Assembly: GCA_021802585.1 (NCBI GenBank)
Contig: JAJZRQ010000005.1
Coordinates: 761-64,760, forward strand
Direction: 5' to 3'
Length of the DNA stretch: 64,000 nt
DNA from: Chloroflexota bacterium
Lineage (GTDB): Bacteria > Chloroflexota > Limnocylindria > Limnocylindrales > CSP1-4
The translations under genes and the position numbers were made by a program. Of the stretch, positions 9,927-20,566 are shown piece after piece. Positions within the stretch are counted from its first letter, which is position 1. The number at the start of each line of letters is the position of its first letter. Under the pieces are notes generated by a model. The model did not search any database and had not been told where the DNA came from. It saw nothing but the letters and a program-made list of their open reading frames with translations.

Positions 9927-11003
9927 TCATGCGAGGAGCGCCGAGGCCTGGGCCACGAGTCGCAGCCGGTCGGTCTGGGGCAGCCAGCCGTTGCGCGCGA
10001 TCCGCAGGGTGCTCGATGCCCGGTGGAAGCGGAAGCGTTCGGCGAAGGGCTCGTCGACCCGCCCGGCGCCCGCGGCGGCGCCGTACGCTGTGAGGATCCG
10101 ACCGACCGTCGCCTCAGCCTCCTCGGCCGGCCCGCCGTGGCTCCGGATACCGGCCGCGACCTCCGCCGCGAGCCGTCCGAGATCGTCGGCGGGATCGCCG
10201 AGGGCAAGGCGCTCCCAGTCGATCGCCACCACACCAGCGGCCGACGGGAAGACGAAGTTGGTCGTCGTTGCGTCACCGTGAATGAGCGTCGGCCCAAAGT
10301 CCGTGAGCGAGCTCCGCTCCGACCACGCGTCGAGCCGGCGTCGGAGGCCGGCCGCGATCACCGCCTCACCGGACAGGACGCTCGAGTGGGCGAGATCGTC
10401 GACGAACCCGCGCGCCTCGTCGAGGGCGACCCGAGTCGGGGGCTCCCACCCGTCGATGACCGGACGCTGGCCGCGCGCGGTGACGTGCAGCCGGGCGAGC
10501 AGGCCGGCCGCGGCCTCGAGCGCCGGCCCGAGGGTGCCCGGCCGGTCGCGGCGGATCGCGATCAGGTCGTCGAGCGTCAGCCCGTCGATGTACTCCAGGA
10601 AGAGCACGCCCCGCCAGGCGTCGAACACCCGGCAGGCTCGAATCGGACCGCCGGCGAGGCCAGCCGCGAGCGCGGCGCGGTTTGCGGCCAGCTCGCGCTC
10701 CCCGTGGCGCTCCGGGCTTGCGGGCGTCTTGGCAGCGTAGAACTTCGCGAGGTAGCGCCGCCCCGAGGCCGTCTCCCGATAGACGAACGCTGCCTTCGAC
10801 AGGCGGGCACACTCCCACGTTGCTGGCGGGTCTTCGCCGTCCCAGAGCGTGGCCGCGATCCGGCCGAGGGCGAGATCGGCGGCGACCGCCGGCCACCAGT
10901 CGTACAGGTACTCCGGCCCGGGTGGGATCGGGGGCTGGACGGCGGCCGTGGCGCCAGCGCGCTCACCGCCGGCCGGAACGGCCTCGATTTTCGACCCGCC
11001 CAT
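9927..11003 (-). CDS. Aminoglycoside-phosphotransferase/kinase-like family protein
   Basis: Catalytic loop LIHGDATTTNFVF and AIDWERLALGDPADDL. The start ATG overlaps the SDR stop (TGATG at 11001-11005). Confidence 0.75.
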   Translation of the reverse strand: MGGSKIEAVPAGGERAGATAAVQPPIPPGPEYLYDWWPAVAADLALGRIAATLWDGEDPPATWECARLSKAAFVYRETASGRRYLAKFYAAKTPASPERHGERELAANRAALAAGLAGGPIRACRVFDAWRGVLFLEYIDGLTLDDLIAIRRDRPGTLGPALEAAAGLLARLHVTARGQRPVIDGWEPPTRVALDEARGFVDDLAHSSVLSGEAVIAAGLRRRLDAWSERSSLTDFGPTLIHGDATTTNFVFPSAAGVVAIDWERLALGDPADDLGRLAAEVAAGIRSHGGPAEEAEATVGRILTAYGAAAGAGRVDEPFAERFRFHRASSTLRIARNGWLPQTDRLRLVAQASALLA

Positions 11004-11770
11004 CAGCCCGCGCTCCAGCCGGCGTCGACCGGGATGACCGCGCCGTTCACGTTCGAGGCCTCGTCCGAGGCGAGCCAAGAGATGAGCGTCGCCACCTCAT
11101 CGGGCTCGGCCATCCGGCGACCGGCGGCGTGGATCGGGCCAAGACGTTCGAGATGGACCGGCTCGCGAGGGGCCGAGGTTGTGCCGATGTTCGTCTGGAC
11201 GCCGCCCGGGCAGACCGCGTTGCAGCGGATGCCGTCGGTCGCGTAGTACCAGGCGATCGAGCGCGAAAGGCCGACGAGCGCGTGCTTGGAGCTCGTGTAG
11301 GCGACGCCCGAGGTGCCGCCCCGAAGACCGCCGACCGAGGCGACGTTGATGATCGCACCGGCTCGACGCTCGACCATCCCCGGCAGCACCAGCCGGCACA
11401 GCATCAGCGGTCCGCGGACGTTGACCGTCATCACCCGGTCCCAGGTCACATCGTCGACCGCGTGAGCCGGCAGGAAACTGTCGTTGATGCCGGCGTTGTT
11501 GACGAGGATGTCGACCCGGCCATGGAGTCGCACTGCCTCGTCGACCAGCCGATCGACGTCGGCCTGGAGGCCGATGTCAGCCAGGACGCCGGTCGCCTCG
11601 GCTCCGGCGGCCGCGATGAGGCGCTGCGCCTCGTCGAGTCCGGCCGCGTTGATGTCACTGGCCACGATCGTGGCGCCCTCGCGGGCCAGTCGGACCGCGG
11701 TCGCGAGCCCGATGCCCGAACCCGCGCCGGTCACGATGGCGACCTTCGTGGCGTGTCGTTGCGTGTCCAC
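11003..11770 (-). CDS. Short-chain dehydrogenase/reductase (SDR)
   Basis: TGAGSGIGLA cofactor motif, NNAG, catalytic YTSSKHA. Confidence 0.9.
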   Translation of the reverse strand: MDTQRHATKVAIVTGAGSGIGLATAVRLAREGATIVASDINAAGLDEAQRLIAAAGAEATGVLADIGLQADVDRLVDEAVRLHGRVDILVNNAGINDSFLPAHAVDDVTWDRVMTVNVRGPLMLCRLVLPGMVERRAGAIINVASVGGLRGGTSGVAYTSSKHALVGLSRSIAWYYATDGIRCNAVCPGGVQTNIGTTSAPREPVHLERLGPIHAAGRRMAEPDEVATLISWLASDEASNVNGAVIPVDAGWSAG

Positions 11771-11866
11771 GGTTCACCTCAGCGTCGCGATTGGATCGGG
11801 GTTGGTCGGCGCCGTGCCACCACCCCCTCGGTGCCTTGTTTTCGGGGGAACTCGCGCTGCCTTCGA

Positions 11867-12156
<290 letters not shown>

Positions 12157-12160
<4 letters not shown>

Positions 12161-13614
12161 GGTTTCCCTCCAGTTGGGCTTGCGGGGACATCGGGGCGGT
12201 GGCGCGCATCCCAGACGGACCGGAACTTCTGCGACCGCCGATCGCGGGCCGGCGGCGCCTCGTCGCGAACGACGCCAACGCCGGCGATCCCCTGGCTCGC
12301 GAGATAGCCGTCCACTCGGTCGGCCACCCGTGCCCAGGTCGCCTCGCGATCCGCCTCGTCGTCGGGTTCGATGCGGACCCGCAGCTCGCCGTCGCCGGTC
12401 TGGTAGGCCTGGAAGCGCCGCACGCCCGGCGTCTTCTCGACGACCGTGCCGAGCGCGAGGGGCAGGACCCGGATCTCGCGCCCGTCCACGCCGCGAAAGC
12501 GGAGCACGTCGCCCCGCCGGCCGCCGACCTCGATGACCGGGAACGGACTGCCGCAGGCGCATGATGCCGAGCTCACCGTGAGGCTGTCGCCGAGGTCGTA
12601 GCGAACGATCGGCTGGACGCGGTTGGCGAGGTTCGTGAGGAGGACGGTGTGGCTCGCTCGATCCGGTGGGGTTGGCGAGACGTCGCGCTCGACAGGCTCG
12701 AGGATGACCCAGTCGCTATTGGCATGGAGCCGGCCAAACCGGCAGCTGAACGCGATGCCGGGGAACTCGCCGGCCGCGTACAGGTCGAGGAGGTGGGCGC
12801 CCAGTGCGCGTTCGATGGTGCCCCTCGCGTCGGCGGTAAGGACCTCGCCGCCGACCACGACGAGGGCGGGCCGGCCGCGGAGATGGCCCCGGCCGGCCTC
12901 CTGGGCGAGCAGGTCGAGCGCGGTCGGATAGCCGATCAGGATGGCCGGATCGAAGGCGTTGAGCTCCGCGACGAGCCGCGGCAGGGGGGTCAGGACGCTG
13001 AAGATCCGGATGCGCCGGGCCAGCGCCGGGAAGCGGCGTCGGTTGACGTTGACCAGGCTCGTGCTTACGTGGTGGCCGCCGGTGGCGACGACCGTCGCGA
13101 TCCGCAGGCCCTTGCCGAGCGCGCGGAGGAAGGCCCCCTCGGTCAGAGCGTGCGTCCGGGTCACCATCAGCGCGTCGTAGACGCCGCGCGCGACCCGATC
13201 GTGGACGAACACGCCAGGCTGGCCGGTCGTGCCGCTGGTCGTCCAAGCGGAGAACTCGCCGGCGAAGAGTTCGCCCACCCGGCCCGGGTCCGAGATGAAC
13301 GCCTCGACGTCCCGGAGCCTCACCCGCGGATCGGTCAGCCAGTCGTCGAAGCGGGCCATGAGCTCCGGCTTCGATACCGGTGGGAGCTCGTCGAGGTGCG
13401 GGGCATCCGGCAGGCTGGCCCACCGGGCGCGGTAGAAGGGGCTATGCGCGCGAGCATGCTCGATGATGCCGCGGAGACGTGCGTCCTGGCGCGCGGCGAT
13501 GGCGGCTGGCCTTTCCCGCGCCGCACGCCGCGTGTCGAGGGCCAGCCGCAGCCAGCTCCGAAGCGGGCGCCGGCGGTACGTTTCCGGGTCGGGCTGGAGC
13601 GGCCGATCGCTCAT
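12157..13614 (-). CDS. Adenylate-forming ligase (phenylacetate-CoA ligase / F390 synthetase-like)
   Basis: WTTSGTTGQPGVFVHD AMP-binding-like motif. ATG 13614 overlaps the MgtC stop (ATGA). The stop overlaps the ferredoxin start (GTGA). Confidence 0.7.
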
Positions 13615-14057
13615 GCCGCCGAGCCGGTCCGTTCGCCGGTCGACTTGCGGTGACCGATCCGCCGCAGGCCGGGGACCTCCTCCCACGCGAGGATGAGCAG
13701 GACCAGCCCGGCCAGCGCGATGGCCAGCGCCGGTCGCCCCAGACCGGCGACGACGCCGACCGCCGCGGTCGCCCACATCCCAGCCGCGGTCGTGAGCCCG
13801 CGGACCTCGCCGGCGGCGCCGCGCAGGATGATCCCGGCGCCGAGGAACCCGATGCCCGTCACGACACCGGCGATCAGCCGGGCCGTCTCCGCCGGGTAGA
13901 GCTCGACGCCAAGCCCGGCGAGCGTCGCCGCGCCGAGACCGACGAGCGCGTAGGTTCGGTCCCCGGCCGGCGACCCGCAGCGCTCCCGCTCCCAGCCCAG
14001 CACGAAACCGAGCCCGGCGGCGAGGGCGGCTCGGAGAAGCAGGTCGAGCTCGGACAT
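13611..14057 (-). CDS. MgtC/SapB-family membrane protein
   Basis: LGFVLGWERE, TGIGFLGAGIILR, GLTTAAGMWATAAVGVVAGLG. Confidence 0.8.
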   Translation of the reverse strand: MSELDLLLRAALAAGLGFVLGWERERCGSPAGDRTYALVGLGAATLAGLGVELYPAETARLIAGVVTGIGFLGAGIILRGAAGEVRGLTTAAGMWATAAVGVVAGLGRPALAIALAGLVLLILAWEEVPGLRRIGHRKSTGERTGSAA

Positions 14058-14072
14058 CGGTCGTCCCGCCCG

Positions 14073-16043
14073 CTACGCCCGTGCGGCCCGCAGGCCGTTG
14101 GCGACCGCAAGCAACTCAGCCCCCTCGTGGACGATGACCACCAGCGCGATCGTGAAGAAGCCGCCGGCGGCGCCCAAGATGAGGAGCGGCAGGATGACCA
14201 GCGAGAACGCCAGGTTCTGGCGTGACACGAGGCGCGCTTTGCGTCCGATCCGGAGGGCATAGCCGGCCTTCTCGAGGTCGTCGGCCATGAGCGCGACGTC
14301 GGCCGCCTCGATCGCGGCGTCGGAGCCGGCGGTCCCCATCGCCATCCCAACCGTCGCTGCCGCGAGCGCCGGCGCGTCGTTCACCCCGTCCCCGATCATC
14401 GCCACCGCACCGTGCTCGCGCTCGAGCTCGCGGATGGCAGCGACCTTGTCGGCGGGCTTCAGGCCCGCCCGGACGTCGTCGATCCCGAGCTCGCGGGCGA
14501 TCGCCCGCGCCGTCCTCGGGTGGTCGCCGCTCAGCATGGCGACCCGGCGGACGCCGAGGCGGTGGAGCTCGCGGACCGCGGCGGCGGCGTTCGGGCGGAC
14601 CTGGTCGCGGATCGCGAGCAGGCCGAGGATGCGCACGCCGGCCGTGGAGTCGGCGGGACGCTCGCCGACGAGGACGACCGTCTTGCCCTCCTCGCGCATC
14701 TCCTCGAGCAGGGCAGCGCTCGCGGCCGACGTTGCAGCGCCGAGTTCAGCGAACAGGTCGGGGCTGCCGACGTGGACGAGGCGGCCGTCGACATGCGCCG
14801 CGGCGCCGGCTCCGGTGAGCGCCGTGAACTCGGTCGCGTCGGATGGCAGCACGCCGCGCTCGCTGGCGGCGGCCACGATCGCCCGCGCGAGCGGGTGCTC
14901 CGACAGGCGCTCCACGCCCGCCGCGGCCGCCAGGAGGCCGGCCTCGTCGGTGCCGTCGAGCGGAACGACGTCGGTCACGACCGGCCGGCCGTGGGTGAGC
15001 GTCCCGGTCTTGTCGACCGCGACGACCCGGACCGTGCCCAGGTTCTCGAGGTGGATGCCGCCCTTGATGAGGACGCCGTGCCGGCCGGCCGATCCGATCC
15101 CGGCGGCCATCGCGACCGGCGTCGACATGACGAGCGCACACGGCGCCCCCGCGACCACGACAGTGATCGCCCGGGTGATCCATTCGGTCGGATCGCCGCC
15201 GAGCGCGATCGGGACGATCGCGAGGACCGCCGCGCCGACGAGGACGAGCGGGCTGTAGATCCGGCTGAAGCGGTCGATGAAGCGCTGGGCGCGGCCCTTC
15301 TGGCCCTGCGCCTCCTCGACGAGGTGGATGATCGCCGAGAGAGTGTTGTCGGCGAACGCCTTCGTCGCCTCGATCGTCAGCGCACCCTGGCGGTTGATCG
15401 TGCCGGCGAAGACCTGGTCCCCCTGCCCCTTGTCGACCGGGACGCTCTCGCCCGTGACCGGCGACTCGTCGAGGCTCGACCGGCCGGCCCGGATGACGCC
15501 GTCGGTCGCGAGGCTCTCGCCCGGCCGGACGAGGAAGACATCGCCGGGCACGAGCTCGGTGGCCGGGATCGTCAGCTCGGCGCCGTCGCGCAGGACGTGC
15601 GCCTCCTTCGGGGCGAGGTCGAGCAGCGAGCGGATGGCGGAGCGGGTCCGGGCGAACGTGAGCGACTCGACGGCCTCGGCCGAGCCGTACAGGAAGACGA
15701 GGAACGCCGCTTCCTCCCAGAAGCCGAGCGCCGCGGCCCCGACGGTCGCGACAGCCATCAGGGCCTCGATGCCGACCTCGTGCTCGTGGATCAGCTCCTC
15801 GAGCCCCTCGCGCATCCACCAATAGCCGCCGAACGGGATCGAGGCGAGGTAGAAGACGATCGGCAGGGGTTCGGGCAGGACGCCGCTGACCGAGCCCAGC
15901 CAGCCGGCAGCCAGCAGGACACCAGAGACGATCGCGCCAAGGATCGGCGGATAGGTCCACCACGGACCCGTGTGGGCGCCCTCGTGCTCCTCCTCGTCGT
16001 TCCCCTCGTGCTCCTCGCGCTCTCGCTCGGCATCCGGTTGCAT
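14073..16043 (-). CDS. Heavy-metal translocating P1B-type ATPase
   Basis: DKTGTLT phosphorylation site, MIGDGVNDAPAL hinge and TGES actuator motif. The TM metal motif reads APCALVMSTP. His/Glu-rich N-terminus (EREREEHEGNDEEEHEGAH). ATG 16043 follows GGGAAAGGA. Confidence 0.9.
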   Translation of the reverse strand: MQPDAEREREEHEGNDEEEHEGAHTGPWWTYPPILGAIVSGVLLAAGWLGSVSGVLPEPLPIVFYLASIPFGGYWWMREGLEELIHEHEVGIEALMAVATVGAAALGFWEEAAFLVFLYGSAEAVESLTFARTRSAIRSLLDLAPKEAHVLRDGAELTIPATELVPGDVFLVRPGESLATDGVIRAGRSSLDESPVTGESVPVDKGQGDQVFAGTINRQGALTIEATKAFADNTLSAIIHLVEEAQGQKGRAQRFIDRFSRIYSPLVLVGAAVLAIVPIALGGDPTEWITRAITVVVAGAPCALVMSTPVAMAAGIGSAGRHGVLIKGGIHLENLGTVRVVAVDKTGTLTHGRPVVTDVVPLDGTDEAGLLAAAAGVERLSEHPLARAIVAAASERGVLPSDATEFTALTGAGAAAHVDGRLVHVGSPDLFAELGAATSAASAALLEEMREEGKTVVLVGERPADSTAGVRILGLLAIRDQVRPNAAAAVRELHRLGVRRVAMLSGDHPRTARAIARELGIDDVRAGLKPADKVAAIRELEREHGAVAMIGDGVNDAPALAAATVGMAMGTAGSDAAIEAADVALMADDLEKAGYALRIGRKARLVSRQNLAFSLVILPLLILGAAGGFFTIALVVIVHEGAELLAVANGLRAARA

Positions 16044-16269
16044 CGATCGTCCTTTCCCTCGCGGCGGCATTTCACGCGCTGCTGAAACGATACCGCACTT
16101 GAGCCTCGAGCGTGATGGGCCTCCATGGACCGAAAGGTCGGGCCACATTTCACTTGTGGATGAAACGTCGTGAGCCGACCATATGGGCGACCGGCGGCGA
16201 AGCGGCCCACCGAATTGGGACCGGCCGTCGCGCCGGGCCGGCATTCGGAATCGGAGGTGCTCCGTGGAT

Positions 16270-16557
16270 ATGTTGGGAATCGCCATCCTTGTCGTGGGCG
16301 CACTGGTCGTCGGCTGGCTCTACCGCTACGTGGGCGAGAACCAGGAGGGCTGGGGCTGGCTGATCACCGCGATCGGTGCCGGCGTCGGCGGCTTCATCGG
16401 CAGCGAGTCGCTCGGTGGCGCGAGCACGTGGGGGCCGGAGACCGGTGGGATGTTCGTGCTGCCCGCCCTGATCGGCGCGGTCGTCGTCGGCGGTGTCGTC
16501 GAGTGGGTCGTTCGGCAGGTGACGCCAAAGGGTCAGGCTCGCGGGATGCATGCGTGA
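16270..16557 (+). CDS. GlsB/YeaQ/YmgE-like small membrane protein
   Basis: MLGIAILVVGALVVGWL...ITAIGAGVGGFIG...PALIGAVVVGGVV; Gly-rich TM segments. Internal ATG 16270 of ORF 16183..16557. Confidence 0.55.
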   Translation: MLGIAILVVGALVVGWLYRYVGENQEGWGWLITAIGAGVGGFIGSESLGGASTWGPETGGMFVLPALIGAVVVGGVVEWVVRQVTPKGQARGMHA

Positions 16558-16798
16558 CGATCGCGTCGGGGCGTGCCCCTCGTCGCGCCGACTGAGAGGC
16601 GCTCCCCGGTCTCGCTTGACGGCCCGGCGGCTTCGTCCGCCGGGTCGTCCACGCTGGCGCGTCGTGAAGAGCGCGGACCGCGAGGCCTTGGCCGCGAGCC
16701 CGAATGGCACGCGGCGACAGGCCAGTGTTCACTGGTCCATGAACCGTCGTCAGGCGTAGGGTCGAGGTCGTCAGCAGCGCTCAGGAGGATCGCGGACG

Positions 16799-17038
16799 AT
16801 GGGCTACGGCTCGTGCCATGGATGGGACGGCGCTCTCGGTGGCGGCTGGATGGCGGGCGGCTGGCTTGGGCTGCTGCTCTTCGCCGCGGTCGTCGCGCTC
16901 GTCGTCGGGATCGTGCTCGCGATGCGTCCACGAGGAGGATCGCCGGGCGACCCACTCGAGATCCTCCGGGCGCGCTTCGCCCGCGGCGAGATCAGCGCCG
17001 AGGAGTTCCAACAGGCCCGCCGAGCACTCGGCGTGTGA
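16799..17038 (+). CDS. SHOCT-domain small membrane protein (paralog of 2318..2551)
   Basis: TM segment LLLFAAVVALVVGIVLA followed by LEILRARFARGEISAEEFQQARRAL. AGGAGG lies 10 nt upstream. Confidence 0.7.
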   Translation: MGYGSCHGWDGALGGGWMAGGWLGLLLFAAVVALVVGIVLAMRPRGGSPGDPLEILRARFARGEISAEEFQQARRALGV

Positions 17039-17071
17039 ACCACGACCGCGTTTGAGGGTTACTATTCAGCC

Positions 17072-17536
17072 ATGGTAGAACCGATCGCGCTCGACAGGCG
17101 GACGCCGCTCGAGATCGAGACGAAGCTCCACCGCGGTCTCGCCGATCCCTCGCGCCTGGCGATCCTGCGGGAGCTGCGCCGGGGGCCGCTGACCGCCGGC
17201 CAGCTGGCGAGCCTCGTCGGCCTGAGCGCGCCGCGTGCCTCGAACCACCTGCGCTGCCTGCTCGAGTGCGGGCTCGTCGCGATCGAGCCGCGCGGCCGGT
17301 ACAACGTCTACCGCCTCGCCGATCCGGCGGTCGGGCGGTTACTTGACGCCTCGGCGCGCCTGCTGGCCGAGGTCGCGCCGCTCATCGAGGCCTGTCTCAA
17401 CTATGGTCCGCCGAACCGGCGCGGCCTCCGTCCAGGAGCCGCGGTGGTCGAGTTCGCCGCCGGGGGTGACGGCCCGGCCTGGGAGCGCCAGGTCCGGCGT
17501 CTCGCGGACTCGCCCGCGCTGAGAACGCGTCGTTAG
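17072..17536 (+). CDS. ArsR-family transcriptional regulator
   Basis: LADPSRLAILRELRRGPLTAGQLASLVGLSAPRASNHLRCLLECGLV...RYNVYRL. Confidence 0.8.
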   Translation: MVEPIALDRRTPLEIETKLHRGLADPSRLAILRELRRGPLTAGQLASLVGLSAPRASNHLRCLLECGLVAIEPRGRYNVYRLADPAVGRLLDASARLLAEVAPLIEACLNYGPPNRRGLRPGAAVVEFAAGGDGPAWERQVRRLADSPALRTRR

Positions 17537-17699
17537 GATTCGACGGCCTAAGCGAGCGTCGATGAGCGCGGCCGCCCGGCGCTCGGAGACGCCGTCGCCC
17601 GAGACGAGCTGACCCGGGCGTTCAGGCTGGTGGCAGCGTGCCCTCGGACAGTAGTGCGAGGCCGCGACCGCGTCCCGACGTAGGATTCGGGGAGCGGCA

Positions 17700-17900
17700 C
17701 CCGCCGAGCCACAGACCGCGCGCGTCGAGGATCGGCGGGCCACGTTCGACGTCGATCCGGGCGCGTTGAACGCCGTGCTCGGCCACCTGACCCGGTTCGA
17801 CGTGCGCGGCCTCACCGCCTCGCCGCCGACCCTCGAGGAGCTGTTCCTGCGCCACTACGGCGCCGACGACGGCCCGGCCGAGGTGGACGCGGCGCGGTGA
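17700..17900 (+). pseudogene. 3-prime remnant of an ABC-transporter ATP-binding gene
   Basis: The frame ending at TGA 17898-17900 reads ...RVEDRRATFDVDPGALNAVLGHLTRFDVRGLTASPPTLEELFLRHYG. This is the typical C-terminal domain of ABC-2-type exporter ATPases. No Walker A/B or signature region lies upstream; the frame is closed by TAG at 17652. Confidence 0.6.
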
Positions 17901-19531
17901 GCGGCTTCGCCGGCACCGGGCGCCTCGTCCGCCTCGCGCTGCGCCGCGACCGGATCCAGCTGCCCGTGTGGCTAGTCGTACTCGCCGGACTGCTCGCGGC
18001 TAGCGCCGCGGTGACGGCGGGCGAATAGGCCACCGCCGAGGATCGCCTGCTCGCCGCCCAGCTCATCGCCAGCAGCCCGGCGCTGCTGTTGCTGCGCGGT
18101 CCGGCCGCCGACGCCAGCCTCGCCTCGCTGATGATGGCCGACGTGGCCCCGATCGTCACCGCATTGGGCGCGCTGATGAGCGCGCTGGCCGTCGTCCGCC
18201 ACACCCGCCAGAACGAGGAGACGGGGCGCGCGGAGCTGGTGGGCTCGGCGGCCGTCGGCCGCTCGGCAATGCTGGCCGCGGCCCTGGTGGTGGCCGTCGG
18301 CGCGAGCGTGATGCTGGGAATCCTGTTCGCCACGTTGCTGTTCGCCAACGGCCTGCCGCTGGATGGCGTGCTGGCCGCCGGCGCCACGATGGCGGCGCTC
18401 GGCGCGGTCTTCGGCGGCGTCGCCGCGGTGACCGTCCAGCTGGCGGCGACGGCGCGCGCGGCGAGCGGGCTGGCGATCTCGCTCCTTGTCACCGCCTATC
18501 TGCTGCGCGGGATCGGCGATCTGGCCGGCACGCCGTCCGTCGACGGCACCACCGTGACGCCGGCCTGGCCGGTGTGGCTGTCACCGTTCGGCTGGGCAGA
18601 GCAGGTGCGCCCGTTCGCCGGCCCCGACTGGTGGCCGCTCGCGCCGGCGGTGGTGCTCTTCCTGATCGCCGTCGCGGTCGCCCTGGTCCTGGCGGCGGGC
18701 CGCGACGTGGGCTTCGGGCTCATCCCCGCCTCGCGGGGCCCGGCTTCTGCCGCCCGCGGGCTGCTGAGTCCCCTCGGCCTTGCGTGGCGCCAGCAGCGCG
18801 GCCTGTTCGCAGCGTGGGCACTTGGCCTGGCGATCACCAGCGCGGTCTTCGGCTCGCTCGGCCAGCAGGTCGGGGCGATGGCCGGCAACGAGCAGTTCCG
18901 GGCGATCCTCGAACAGCTGACCCGAGGCCGGGGCGGCGACCTCGCCGATCTGTTCTTTGGGTTCGCGATGGGCATCATCGGCCTGGCGGCCAGCGGGTAC
19001 GCGGTCCAGGCGCTCCTAGAGCTGCATACCGAGGAGGCGGACGGACGCCTGGAGCCGATCCTCGGCACGGCGGTCAGCCGCCTGGCCTGGAGCGGGAGCC
19101 ACATCGCTTGTGCGGTGCTCGGCACGTCAGCGATCCTCGTTATCGGAGGGACGAGCGCCGGCCTGGTCTATGGCCTCGTGGCCGCCGATCCCGGGGCGCG
19201 GCTGGCGGAGCTCGTGCCGGCCGCCCTGATCCAGGCGCCGGCGGTGCTGGTCCTGGCCGGGATCGCGGTGGCGGCCTTCGGGCTCCTGCCCACCCGGGCG
19301 CCGGCCGTCTCCTGGGCAGCGGTCGGCGCCGCATCGTTCGTCACGTTCTTCGGCGATCCGCTCGACCTGCCCGACGCGGTGCGCAACCTCTCGCCGTTCA
19401 GCCATCTGCCGGCGCTGCCCGCCGAGGGCATCAGCGCCGGTCCGATCCTCGCCCTGCTGGTCATCAGCGTGGCGCTCGCCGGGATCGGGCTGGTCAGCTT
19501 CCACTTTCGCGATCTCGCGGTTCATCCATAG
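17897..19531 (+). pseudogene. ABC-2-type exporter permease interrupted by an in-frame TAG
   Basis: GTG 17897 overlaps the ATPase-remnant stop (GTGA). The reading VSGFAGTGRLVRLALRRDRIQLPVWLVVLAGLLAASAAVTAGE stops at TAG 18026-18028, then continues in the same frame (ATAEDRLLAAQLIASSPALLLLRGP...) into ORF 18089..19531 (polytopic). Confidence 0.65.
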
Positions 19532-19772
19532 GTCAGGACTGTGGAGGCACAGGCATCAGTCGTCGCCCTTCGCCGCGCATCAGTACATGGCGGGCTTGGG
19601 CCGGCGCCGAGGACCCTACGGTCATCCATGAACAGCCACCTTAGGGCGCGCCACCGCAGCTCGCTGGTCGGCGTGTCGAGATACCGCCCCCCTGGGGGTG
19701 CGAAGTCGGCTGCTTCCCGGTGATCCCAGTTGACGCAGGCCTGACTCGATCCAGCGGACGATGCGACTTCCG

Positions 19773-20504
19773 TCAGCTCGCGGACGTCGACGCCGGCTCG
19801 ACCCAGATGAGCCGGCCGATCGCCGTCCCGATTGGTCGGATCGTCCCGCCGACATCGACCGGGATCGCCTGAAGGCTCGCGTCCGCGATGGCCACGGCGA
19901 CGGCGGCGCCTGTCACCAGCCCATAGGCGTCGAGCTGGCGCAGCAGGTCGGGCGCGTCGTGCTCGGCCACCTCGCTGACGCGCCGCACCCGCGCCGGCGT
20001 GTCGGGCGCCAGGTCGGCGAGGGCGACCAGCTGGCCGTACGGCGCTTCGCGGCCGGGGATGAGGTTGCCGTGCGGGCAGGTCGCAGGACGATTGAGCGAC
20101 TCGTCGAGCCGGTCGGCGACCAGCTCCGAGACGCCCGGCGCGAGGCGCTGCGCCTCTGCATCGGCGCTCGCCCAGTCGAACCCGAGCACGTCGGTGAGCC
20201 AGCGCTCGAGCAGCCGATGCACCCGCACGACGCGCTCGGCGAGGTCCTCCCCGCGAGGGGTGAGCGAGACGCTGCGGTCGGTGTCGATGGCGACCCAGCC
20301 GTCCCGCGCGAGGCGCTGCAGCGTGGCCGTCACGGTCGGGGGGCGGACGCCGAGCCAGTCGGCCAGCCGCCCGGGTCGGACCCGACCCTCCTCGAAGCGA
20401 ATGTAGAAGATCGTCTCGGCGTAGTGGCGCGCCGTGTCGGACGCAGCGTGATCGTCCTGAGCGTCGTGGCTGGGATGCGCGGCGGGCGGGGCCATCGAAC
20501 GCAT
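19773..20504 (-). CDS. DtxR/IdeR/MntR-family metal-dependent regulator with FeoA-like C-terminal domain
   Basis: ETIFYI...RLADWLGVRPPTVTATLQRLARDGWV...HRLLERWLTDVLG...CPHGNLIP. ATG 20504 or 20495. Confidence 0.85.
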   Translation of the reverse strand: MRSMAPPAAHPSHDAQDDHAASDTARHYAETIFYIRFEEGRVRPGRLADWLGVRPPTVTATLQRLARDGWVAIDTDRSVSLTPRGEDLAERVVRVHRLLERWLTDVLGFDWASADAEAQRLAPGVSELVADRLDESLNRPATCPHGNLIPGREAPYGQLVALADLAPDTPARVRRVSEVAEHDAPDLLRQLDAYGLVTGAAVAVAIADASLQAIPVDVGGTIRPIGTAIGRLIWVEPASTSAS

Positions 20505-20566
20505 CGTACCGGGCTGCGCCGGCCGGGTATCGACGGTTGACGCTTCGACACGTCTAACTCTACGAT

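Noticed and set aside
14412-16085. 557-aa plus-strand ORF antisense to the P-type ATPase, and similar ORFs 14746..15963 and 14287..15258
   Set aside because: Antisense shadows. The ATPase frame carries all P-type motifs.
18026-18028. In-frame TAG as a recoded (pyrrolysine-type) codon
   Set aside because: There is no pyl context, and the partner ATPase gene is deleted. Simple pseudogenisation is far more likely.
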